DNA of 63,010 bases, the filler included, from Thraustochytrium aureum (Eukaryota), in assembly GCA_012862495.1 (NCBI GenBank). It is 3 parts of 3 records of this genome, joined end to end, with 100 filler letters (N's around TTAATTAATTAA, not from the genome) between each part and the next. Parts side by side here need not be neighbours in the genome. Positions count along the whole stretch, not along the records: positions 1 to 24,473 come from BLSG01000017.1; 2 more parts are not named here. One strand, 5' to 3'. The notes under the pieces were generated by a model. That model ran no database searches, was not told the origin of the DNA, and saw only the letters and a program-made list of their open reading frames with translations. This document shows positions 1 through 8,350 of the stretch, in pieces. A program made the translations under genes and the position numbers. Positions within the stretch are counted from its first letter, which is position 1; every line of letters begins with the position of its first letter.

Positions 1-12
1 AATCGAAGCCGG

Positions 13-1548
13 ATGGTCGCGCTGCAGTCGGCGCCGGGATGGCTGGGCACCTGCCTCGGCGGGCTGCTTGAGGCCGAGGACGTCGAGCGCCTCGCGAAGG
101 CGCTGCGGCGTCCCAAGCAACTGGGCGACCCCAAGCCCCGTCCTGGTCGGGCTCGCCGCCGCGGTCTCGGACACGCCGCAAGCCGTCGAGAGAGCAGTGC
201 GAGCTGGCAACCACAACGCCGTTGTCTCGGCCCTTGGCGCCGTGCAAAGCGCCCTCTGGGCGTGCGGGGATGCGCTGCGCACAGCGGACGCCAAACCCGA
301 CCGCGAGGTTGCAGCGCGATGCGAACGGCTCGCTGTGCTGTTGCGGCGCCGCGCGTGCGAACTCGTCTAGACAGGACGCTAGGCCAAACCATCGTTGACG
401 AGGCGCGCGGGCTCCGTGCTACGCATCCGCATTTTGCCGAGCGTATGTTGTGGCGGCGGCTGCGCGTTGACGTTTTCGGGCACGGCATGATGACTCTCGT
501 GCACGACACGGCGGCTGTGTGCCCCGTGGAGCGCGGGGAAAGGACCTTGGTTGTCGTCGCGCTGAAGAGCGCCTCGGACGACTGCAAGCTCGCCCTGTTC
601 GAGCCCCGCTTGGGCCACGTGCTGTGGTGGTCGTCGGACGCCAACTTTAGGATGGGGCAGCTCGACCTCTTGGAAGACCGAGCGACGACGGCCTTGTGCG
701 CGCTTCCCGCAGCCGGCCTCCTTTGTGTTGGGCTGTCCCAAGGAGCGCTCGCTACGTTCGATGCGGCGACCGGAGCTTTGAAGGGCATATATGCGCACGT
801 GTTGGGCGGGGCTGAGGTGCTGGACCTCGTTCCTTGCCCTGTGCCCCGCATCGCGGGCGGGGCGAACACCGTTGCAATCCTCCGTGCTGGCGTGGCAGGA
901 CTTGCACTGCTGTGGAATGCCGGAACCGGGCAACTGCTGGACGTTGCTGCGCCAGAGCCTGCTGCACTCAGCTCGGTTCTGTACGCTGGCATGGTCAAAG
1001 TCGGGTCCAGTGTGTTAGTTCTCGCTACAGCCGATGGCCGGCTTGTCCGCTGGGATTTGACGAACGGCGTGGTGTCCTGGCTCGGCGGCCAGCTTGCCCG
1101 CGGAACGATTTCACCCGTGTTTTTGCTGTCGCTGGGACAGCACGGCCTCGTCGTGGTGGGCCCCGATCGGGCGTGCAGGTTGGTTGACGCCGAGTCTGGG
1201 GCGGTGCTTGCCGAGACGATTTTTCCTGCCCGCTCAGAGGTTGCTGCAGCCTGCTTGGTCGAGGCTGGCAAGCCCAGCATCGCCGTCGCTCTGGCGCAAG
1301 GCGGGGGTTGCAAGCAGATCGTCTTGCTGGACGCAACTTCGCTCGAGGTCACATGGCGGCAAGCAGCAAGCGGCCACGGGCCCTGCTCTGCCCCCTCCAA
1401 GCATCTGCTGGCCCCTGTGGTGCTTGGTCCGGGGAAAGTGGGCTTGGTTTCTGCGCTCGACCAAGCCGCGGACGTCTGGGAGCTCCCAAGGGGGACAGGA
1501 AAGCACAGCTCGGTACCATGCGAAACGTCGCTCTGGACCATGGCCTAG
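13..1548 (+). CDS. WD40/PQQ-like beta-propeller protein, probably 5'-truncated and locally frameshifted
   Basis: Repeated beta-strand units ending in WD-like motifs (LATFDAATG, LLWNAGTG, LVRWDLTNG, RLVDAESG, LLDATSL, DVWEL). Between ~140 and 365 the alternative frame (ORF 68..370) reads more protein-like, suggesting a compensating frameshift pair. Confidence 0.55.
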   Translation: MVALQSAPGWLGTCLGGLLEAEDVERLAKALRRPKQLGDPKPRPGRARRRGLGHAASRRESSASWQPQRRCLGPWRRAKRPLGVRGCAAHSGRQTRPRGCSAMRTARCAVAAPRVRTRLDRTLGQTIVDEARGLRATHPHFAERMLWRRLRVDVFGHGMMTLVHDTAAVCPVERGERTLVVVALKSASDDCKLALFEPRLGHVLWWSSDANFRMGQLDLLEDRATTALCALPAAGLLCVGLSQGALATFDAATGALKGIYAHVLGGAEVLDLVPCPVPRIAGGANTVAILRAGVAGLALLWNAGTGQLLDVAAPEPAALSSVLYAGMVKVGSSVLVLATADGRLVRWDLTNGVVSWLGGQLARGTISPVFLLSLGQHGLVVVGPDRACRLVDAESGAVLAETIFPARSEVAAACLVEAGKPSIAVALAQGGGCKQIVLLDATSLEVTWRQAASGHGPCSAPSKHLLAPVVLGPGKVGLVSALDQAADVWELPRGTGKHSSVPCETSLWTMA

Positions 1549-1808
1549 GGTGTGGGGACCTGGTTGAACGTGCACTGCTGCGCTGCCCTGACGAAGAATA
1601 TGGCATGTTTTTACACTTGCATTTCTTTTCTTTTCTTTTCTTTTTTTTCCTGATCAAATGACAAAGGAGGACACGGTGACAGCTCGAAACCCCGCACGGC
1701 CAAGCTTGCACGCGCGGCCAAGCTTGCACGCAGCACCCACGTCGCCACGCACCAACCTCCCGCTCCACCGGCTCTCGCTCTTGAACTCGCTCCACAGCTC
1801 TTGAGCTG

Positions 1809-3290
1809 CTAGCCAGAGCCTCTGCAGCTGGACCCCGCGCCTGCTGTGCAACCATAGCAGTGCTTTTTCGTCACTATCCGGGCATCGAGCATGTCATCGG
1901 TGCACGAGATGTCAAACACCGAAATGCCCGCCTTGGCACTGCCCGGCAGCGAGGGGTCCAGGTCAAGCTGCTGATTAAAGTCGCAGTCGTAAATGCGGCC
2001 CTCCGGGTTGACGGACAAGTACTTGCGGCACATGAGCTGCTCGCATGCGCCCGCATTGAAGCTGTTGACCAGGATGTGCATGTACTTTTCGAGATTGCCC
2101 GAGTCGTGCAAGTGGTCGTAGAAGCGGTTGATCGGCATGTTGGTGATGCAGTGGAGTTCGTTGAACTCGATGCCATAGTCGGCCTTGAGGACCCGTTTGT
2201 AGTCGCCCTGCAGCGATTCCCGGCTCGGGGGCAGGTGCAGGCCCGTCGGGTTGTAAACCAAGTCCAGGAACAGGCCAGAGCCCTCCCGGCCATATCCATG
2301 GGCGTTGAGGATGCGCAGACCCTTGATGCTGCGCTGGAAGATCTGGTCCCCGCGCTGCGAGTCCACATTTGTTTCCAGGTAGCAGGGCAAGCTCGCGATG
2401 ACACGCACCTTGTGCTGTGCGAGAAAGCCGGGAAGGTCTTGCTGGTGCGGCTCAAGCAGCACGGTGAGGTTGCAGCGGTCGATCACCTCGACGCCCAGCT
2501 TGGTGCACTCTTCGACGAGGAACTTGAACTGGCGGTTCAGCTCAGGGGCGCCTCCCGTAAGGTCGACGACCTTGACGTTCGGCGAGTTGCGGACGATGTC
2601 AACGCACTTTTGCGCGACCTCGCGGCTCATCATCTCCTTGCGCTTGGGCGAGCTGTCCACATGACAGTGCTTGCAGGCCTGGTTGCAGTAAAACCCGATG
2701 TTGAGCTGCAGCACCTCGGTCGTCGTGCGGTCCAGAGACAGAGCGTTCTTACGCAGGTGTGCAGCAAAGTTCGGAACGGTCTCGAGCGATTCGAGGTGCT
2801 CGAGCTTGGCCTGCTTTTCCTCGGGCGTGTAGGGAGTCACGCCGTCCGTTTTCATTTGCTTGAGCGTCTGCGAGATGATGGACTTGCCCACAAGGTCCTC
2901 GATGTCGGCGAGAAGTGCTTTTTGCCGGGGCTCATCCTCCGCGGCGCGCCCTTTCTCCTCCTCCTCTTCTTCTTCTTCTTCTTCTTCTTCGCTGCCCAGG
3001 TTCTCGTACGTCTCCCCCTCCTCGCATTCGATAATCTGCCCTAGGGGCCGAGTCTGTGTCGGCTGCATCGGGTCAGCCTGCGCTCCCTTGAGCGGGCTGC
3101 CGTCCAGCGGCTCCTGGGACGCACCTCGCTCCTTGCGCGGCTCGAGCGCTCGGTTCAGCTTGACCCAGGCGATGGCCGAGGCGAGCGTCAGACCGATGCC
3201 GGCCGCTGCAACGAGCGACATGGAGCTGCTCGAGGCGCCCTGGCGCACCTGGCTGGCGCCCGAGGCGCTGTCCATGCGCGCGAGGCCCAT
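1809..3290 (-). CDS. arsS: ArsS-family radical SAM protein (arsenosugar biosynthesis; radical SAM/Cys-rich, DUF3641-type C-terminus) with N-terminal hydrophobic segment
   Basis: LQLNIGFYCNQACKHCHVDSSP (CxxxCxxC), DLTGGAPELN, VIDRCNLTVL, ASLPCY, LVYNP, ITNMPI, YDCDFNQQL and C-terminal HCYGCTAGAGSSC are characteristic of the family. Confidence 0.88.
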   Translation of the reverse strand: MGLARMDSASGASQVRQGASSSSMSLVAAAGIGLTLASAIAWVKLNRALEPRKERGASQEPLDGSPLKGAQADPMQPTQTRPLGQIIECEEGETYENLGSEEEEEEEEEEEEKGRAAEDEPRQKALLADIEDLVGKSIISQTLKQMKTDGVTPYTPEEKQAKLEHLESLETVPNFAAHLRKNALSLDRTTTEVLQLNIGFYCNQACKHCHVDSSPKRKEMMSREVAQKCVDIVRNSPNVKVVDLTGGAPELNRQFKFLVEECTKLGVEVIDRCNLTVLLEPHQQDLPGFLAQHKVRVIASLPCYLETNVDSQRGDQIFQRSIKGLRILNAHGYGREGSGLFLDLVYNPTGLHLPPSRESLQGDYKRVLKADYGIEFNELHCITNMPINRFYDHLHDSGNLEKYMHILVNSFNAGACEQLMCRKYLSVNPEGRIYDCDFNQQLDLDPSLPGSAKAGISVFDISCTDDMLDARIVTKKHCYGCTAGAGSSCRGSG

Positions 3291-3615
3291 CCCGGCGAGG
3301 CGAGGCTCAGCACGGACTACTATCGCTCGGTGGCTTCACCGAGCCCAGAGCAACGAGCGCGCAAGCAAGCCGACGGCCGCGTCTGCGTGCGCTGGTCGGC
3401 GGCGCTGTTCTGGCGCGCGCGTCGGTCCGTCTCGCCTCGCTCGCGTCAGTTCGGCCTCTCCCGTATCGTGTCTGCTCATCTCCATCGTGACGGCGGTGCA
3501 CGAACCACATTATCGCACCGGAAGCGGACCGAGGCAACGCGGCTGCGAGCGCTTCTCCAGGGCACGGGCTCCCACTCGGCTTCGGGGCCTGACTCGTTTT
3601 TGCCACCTCCACCAC

Positions 3616-3642
3616 CACAACAACAACAACAACAACAACAAC
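3616..3642 (+). repeat. (CAA)n microsatellite
   Basis: Run of about 8 CAA units read directly. Confidence 0.9.
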
Positions 3643-4157
3643 GACACTGGAGTTCATGACATGCTCGAAGGCTTTGCTTTCAGGCTTTCGCCCGCCGGCC
3701 TTGTGCCATGCCAGCCAGGCGGCCGAGGCGTCGCGTGGCGCGGGTACTAGCTAGTAATGATCGAGTTCTTGGTCAATGTGCGAGGTTTGCGAGTAGCTTG
3801 ACCGACCGCTCGTTGNNNNNNNNNNNNNNNNNNNNNNNNNNNNNNNNNNNNNNNNNNNNNNNNNNNNNNNNNNNNNNNNNNNNNNNNNNNNNNNNNNNNN
3901 NNNNNNNNNNNNNNNNNNNNNNNNNNNNNNNNNNNNNNNNNNNNNNNNNNNNNNNNNNNNNNNNNNNNNNNNNNNNNNNNNNNNNNNNNNNNNNNNNNNN
4001 NNNNNNNNNNNNNNNNNNNNNNNNNNNNNNNNNNNNNNNNNNNNNNNNNNNNNNNNNGCTGACGACGTCGTAGCACCTCCCGGACGACGCGCATGCAGGC
4101 TCGGCCTGGTTGGTTACGAACCTACTTAGCTGGAGCTGAGCTAGCTCTAGAGCTCTA

Positions 4158-5792
4158 CTAGATGTGGCATGCGGGGTTGGAGAAGGGCGCGAGCGCGAGC
4201 ACGGCGGCGTGCCGGTAGTACTCGGTGCGGTCGATCTGGCCGCGCGTGAGCGTCCCGACGGTGCCGCCCTTCTGCTTCGAGTTGGTCGTGCCGTGCACGA
4301 TGTCGTCGGCGCGGCCCAGCTCGATGCCCTTGCGCACGAGAGAGGAGAGGGACGGGGGCAGGTTGAAGGTCGCGGATCGAGCGCAGTTGATCGCGCCGTC
4401 GTTGGTGATTACCGCGATCCAGGCGCAGCAGAGCATCTGAGGCGGCGGGTCGGCTGGGGCGCCACTGCTGCGGCCCTCCTGGCCAGGCGCTGCTTGCGCC
4501 GCCTCGTCCACAATGCCGCCCTCTATGCCAACGTAAAACTCAGCCTCTGGAGAACTCGGGGCGTCCTTGGCGCACTGGGCGCGGCAGAAGCGGGCGCGGT
4601 TGAGGGCGCCGAGGCGCGTCTCGTGGTCCCCCATCGGCTGGTCGCTGACGCCCGAGGGAGCCGACATGGCGTGAAAGCGAAAGCGGCGATTCAGTCCCTC
4701 AAAGGCCTTGATGAAGGCGCGCTTGCAGGCACCGACCTTGACTGGGTTGGTGCTTCCCACGTAGACGTCGATGGCCCGCGGCCGCGGCCGCTCGCCGAGC
4801 GCCTTGCGCAGCTGGTACACGTGCGAAAAGTAGTTGCGGTAAAAGTCATGCTCGGAGATTCGCGGCACGAGGACCGGCTTGAACTTGGACAGCGTCCCAT
4901 CCAGCTCGCCCGCGCAGAGCGCCGCGCTGCGGTCCTCCTGGTTGTTGAGATCAAAATCAAAGTCTGCGGGCGTATCTGGATGCAACTCACGGAAGACGGC
5001 GAGGTTGGCCTTGACGGTTGGCCCGGCGGCAGCAGCGTCAGCAGGAGCGCCCAAGCTCGACCCGATGGTGGCGCTGGCGCACGACCCCGTCCTGGCGCGC
5101 GGCATGGGCTTGGTCAGCTCGCGCACCTTGTCGAGCACGGCGCCCGTGTCGGAGGTGGCAGCGTGCACCCACTCCCTCGACACAGGCAGACCGCGAGCGG
5201 CTGCAAAGTCAAAGACGGCCAGTTGCTTGGGGAGCGTGAACGAGAGCAGAGCATCCTCGCTGACGCCAGGCTCTGGCGCGCTGATCGGGTTGGAAAGGAG
5301 GGACCTGGGAAGCGCCTTGGAGTTGGCCTCGGCCACTGCCGACGGTCGCCGGCGCGTCGGGGCCACAAAGCGGAACTTCCACTCGTGCAGCTTGGTCAGC
5401 GCAAAGCAAAAGTCCTGGACGAAGCGCGTTTCGTCAAAGGCGTAGAGCTCGATCCACGGGCGCGCCCACTCGGCGGTGCCCTGGCCGGCCGCTACCGAGT
5501 CGGAGAGCGCGAGGTCCTGAAAGTAGCTGTTGTCAAAGTGGTGCCGATACACGCGCTGGCTGCGGCGCGGCGGGCTTGCGGTGGGGCCCGAGTCTGGCGC
5601 AGGCCCGCTCGGCGCTCGGGGCCGCACGCTGCGGCAAGACTCGAGCCAGCGCAACGCGACGGTTTCGGCTGGGGAGAAGTGCACCTCGGCGTCGACGTAG
5701 CAGTCGCTCTCCTCTTCGTCGCAGCGCCCGGCGCGCCAGGCCACTTTGGGGCCGCCCATCTCTTCCACGGCAACGCAGCCAGCGAGCGAGAC
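4158..5792 (-). CDS. Fusion protein: degenerate class I heme peroxidase-like domain + BSD-like domain + YjjX-type inosine/xanthosine triphosphatase; N-terminus lost in gap
   Basis: One open frame: SLAGCVAVEEMGGPKVAWRAGRCD, FDNSYFQDL, WIELYAFDETRFVQDFCFALTKLHE (APX/CCP-like); FDFDL...LVPRISEHDFYRNYF (BSD-like); VGSTNPVK, SGVSDQPMG, ETRLGALNRA, VGIEGG, ELG, SKQKGGTVGTLT, IDRTEYY (YjjX/NTPase_I-T). Confidence 0.8.
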   Translation of the reverse strand, partial: VSLAGCVAVEEMGGPKVAWRAGRCDEEESDCYVDAEVHFSPAETVALRWLESCRSVRPRAPSGPAPDSGPTASPPRRSQRVYRHHFDNSYFQDLALSDSVAAGQGTAEWARPWIELYAFDETRFVQDFCFALTKLHEWKFRFVAPTRRRPSAVAEANSKALPRSLLSNPISAPEPGVSEDALLSFTLPKQLAVFDFAAARGLPVSREWVHAATSDTGAVLDKVRELTKPMPRARTGSCASATIGSSLGAPADAAAAGPTVKANLAVFRELHPDTPADFDFDLNNQEDRSAALCAGELDGTLSKFKPVLVPRISEHDFYRNYFSHVYQLRKALGERPRPRAIDVYVGSTNPVKVGACKRAFIKAFEGLNRRFRFHAMSAPSGVSDQPMGDHETRLGALNRARFCRAQCAKDAPSSPEAEFYVGIEGGIVDEAAQAAPGQEGRSSGAPADPPPQMLCCAWIAVITNDGAINCARSATFNLPPSLSSLVRKGIELGRADDIVHGTTNSKQKGGTVGTLTRGQIDRTEYYRHAAVLALAPFSNPACHI

Positions 5793-6514
5793 NNNNNNNN
5801 NNNNNNNNNNNNNNNNNNNNNNNNNNNNNNNNNNNNNNNNNNNNNNNNNNNNNNNNNNNNNNNNNNNNNNNNNNNNNNNNNNNNNNNNNNNNNNNNNNNN
5901 NNNNNNNNNNNNNNNNNNNNNNNNNNNNNNNNNNNNNNNNNNNNNNNNNNNNNNNNNNNNNNNNNNNNNNNNNNNNNNNNNNNNNNNNNNNNNNNNNNNN
6001 NNNNNNNNNNNNNNNNNNNNNNNNNNNNNNNNNNNNNNNNNNNNNNNNNNNNNNNNNNNNNNNNNNNNNNNNNNNNNNNNNNNNNNNNNNNNNNNNNNNN
6101 NNNNNNNNNNNNNNNNNNNNNNNNNNNNNNNNNNNNNNNNNNNNNNNNNNNNNNNNNNNNNNNNNNNNNNNNNNNNNNNNNNNNNNNNNNNNNNNNNNNN
6201 NNNNNNNNNNNNNNNNNNNNNNNNNNNNNNNNNNNNNNNNNNNNNNNNNNNNNNNNNNNNNNNNNNNNNNNNNNNNNNNNNNNNNNNNNNNNNNNNNNNN
6301 NNNNNNNNNNNNNNNNNNNNNNNNNNNNNNNNNNNNNNNNNNNNNNNNNNNNNNNNNNNNNNNNNNNNNNNNNNNNNNNNNNNNNNNNNNNNNNNNNNNN
6401 NNNNNNNNNNNNNNNNNNNNNNNNNNGGTAGGTAGAGTAGGCAGGGTGGTTCTCGAGCNGGGGTTTTGGGGATCGGAGGTGCGCCGCCTGTGCTTGGCTC
6501 GCGAATAGCCTGGG

Positions 6515-7894
6515 ATGTGGCGCCTCGCTGCGTCGCGCCGCCTCGGCGGGCTCGTGCGGCAGCGGGCTGCTGGAGATCGAGGCGTCGCGCAGCGCACGGC
6601 GAGGGCTGCTGGTGCGCTGCATTCGTGGGTGCAGCAGTGGAGGGCCAGCCCGGGACGCGGCTGGGGACCCCCGCAGCCGCCAAGTCGGCTCTGGTCCAAG
6701 CGAGCCTTGTCTGGGTCGCCTGCGCCGCCGGCGAGCGTGACGGCGATCGAAAACATCGGGGAGCGGATCAGGGCGATGATGACCCAGGTGAGCACCAAAC
6801 TGGAGGCGCAGGGCGCACAGGCCGAGGCGGCCAAGCTCCTGAAAGACCTCGAAGACCCTGCCGTCTGGGACAACCCAGCCAAGGCCAACAAGCTAGCGCA
6901 GCGCCATGGCGCGCTGAAAGGCAGGCTTGACGAGCTCCAGGCGATCGAGGAGGAAACCGACAACGCCGTCGAGATGGCGCAGCTTGCCGCAGCAGAAGGA
7001 GAAGACCAAGAGGCCATTTTCGAAGAGTGCACCACAGAGCTTCGCAAGCTGCTGAAGCGCGCCAAGCGGTTCCGCGTCGAAATGCTGCTGAACGGGATGG
7101 GCGACGAGCACGGCTGCTTTATCGAAGTGACCGCTGGGGCGGGTGGCCACGAGGCGTGCGACTTTGCCGAAATGCTCTTGAACATGTATTCGCGGTGGGG
7201 CACTGCGTCTGGCTACGAGGCGCGGATCACTGAGCGACACCCAGGCGCAGAGGCCGGTGTCAAGTCAGCTACTGTGCATATCCGAGGTCACAACGCGTAC
7301 GGGTGGACGAAGGGCGAGTGTGGCACGCACCGCATGGTCCGCGTGTCCGAATTCGACACCCAGGGGCGACGGCACACAGCGTTTGCCCGCGTGGCGGTCC
7401 TTCCTAGCCCCGAAGGGACGGAGGACGGCGAGGGCGGGGACCTAGAGATTCCTATGAGCGATCTCCGGATCGAGACGATGCGGTCTCGTGGGCCTGGCGG
7501 GCAGAGCGTCAACACGACGGACTCTGCAGTGCGCATCACACACTTGCCAACGGGTATCCAGGCCCAGTCGCAGCAGGAAAGGTCGCAGCACGCCAACAAG
7601 GCATATGCGTTGGCGGTGCTCAAGGCGCGCCTTCTACAGACGAGGATCGAGGAGGAGCAGCGAAAGCGCTCAGAGTTTACCTCGACGCTTGGGGACAACA
7701 CCTGGGGCAACCAGATCCGCTCTTACGTGCTCCATCCGTACAAGATGGTCAAGGACCACCGCACAGGCCACGAGACCTCCAACGCGGAGGCCGTGTTTGA
7801 GGGCGATCCGCGCTATTTAACGCCATTCATGGAGTCTGTGCTGGAGCGCGCTGCCGACCTTCCGCAGGCCGAGAAGCAGGAGCCCTCGAGCTAG
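6515..7894 (+). CDS. prfB: Organellar (probably mitochondrial) peptide chain release factor 2, mtRF2a-like
   Basis: ATG at 6515; Arg-rich, acid-poor N-terminal extension; AGAGGHEACDFAEML, AYGWTKGECGTHRMVR, RRHTAFA, GPGGQSVNTTDSAVRITH (GGQ), WGNQIRSYVLHPYKMVKDHRT. Confidence 0.92.
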   Translation: MWRLAASRRLGGLVRQRAAGDRGVAQRTARAAGALHSWVQQWRASPGRGWGPPQPPSRLWSKRALSGSPAPPASVTAIENIGERIRAMMTQVSTKLEAQGAQAEAAKLLKDLEDPAVWDNPAKANKLAQRHGALKGRLDELQAIEEETDNAVEMAQLAAAEGEDQEAIFEECTTELRKLLKRAKRFRVEMLLNGMGDEHGCFIEVTAGAGGHEACDFAEMLLNMYSRWGTASGYEARITERHPGAEAGVKSATVHIRGHNAYGWTKGECGTHRMVRVSEFDTQGRRHTAFARVAVLPSPEGTEDGEGGDLEIPMSDLRIETMRSRGPGGQSVNTTDSAVRITHLPTGIQAQSQQERSQHANKAYALAVLKARLLQTRIEEEQRKRSEFTSTLGDNTWGNQIRSYVLHPYKMVKDHRTGHETSNAEAVFEGDPRYLTPFMESVLERAADLPQAEKQEPSS

Positions 7895-8165
7895 CTCTAC
7901 GAGTAGGTAGAGAGAGATTGGGTCAGTAGCAGAGAGAAAACCGCTTTTCCAGCGACCGCTCCCAGTGTTCGCCGCGCCTTTCATTGTCTTGGCGCTAGGC
8001 CGACGAGATCCCCCATCGCCGCCCGCCGCCGCCCAAGTACCGAGTCATCGAGTGGCTCTGTCCCACCTCACCCCCTTTCCCACCTCCACCGGCCTGCGCG
8101 CCGCAGAGCTCCAACCTCTCTTGCCGCGGTGGCGTGCGCATCGAGAGCCTGCCAGCTTCCGTCCA

Positions 8166-8225
8166 GCAGGCAGGCAGGAGCGCAGGCAACCAGGAGCCCG
8201 GGCAGGCAGGCAACCAGGAGCGCGG

Positions 8226-8278
<53 letters not shown>

Positions 8279-8290
8279 GCCCAGGCAAGA
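8166..8290 (+). repeat. (CAGG)n microsatellite cluster upstream of the kinesin gene
   Basis: Near-perfect GGCA/CAGG run at ~8224-8276 with degenerate flanking copies. Confidence 0.9.
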
Positions 8291-8350
8291 CCTCCGCAAA
8301 GCAGTCGCGCTCGGCAACGTGACGGTTGGCGACTGACGAAGGCACGCACC

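Noticed and set aside
1698..1732. 18-bp duplication cggccaagcttgcacgcg x2
   Set aside because: Two copies only in a 3' intergenic region; most simply local slippage.
1809..1830. Selenocysteine in the ArsS C-terminal GSSC/U motif
   Set aside because: The codon is TGC (Cys); no in-frame TGA.
1809..7894. arsS, yjjX-like and prfB as a bacterial contaminant or operon
   Set aside because: Genes have eukaryote-type N-terminal extensions or fusions, mixed orientation, microsatellite-containing spacers, and prfB is contiguous with a kinesin gene.
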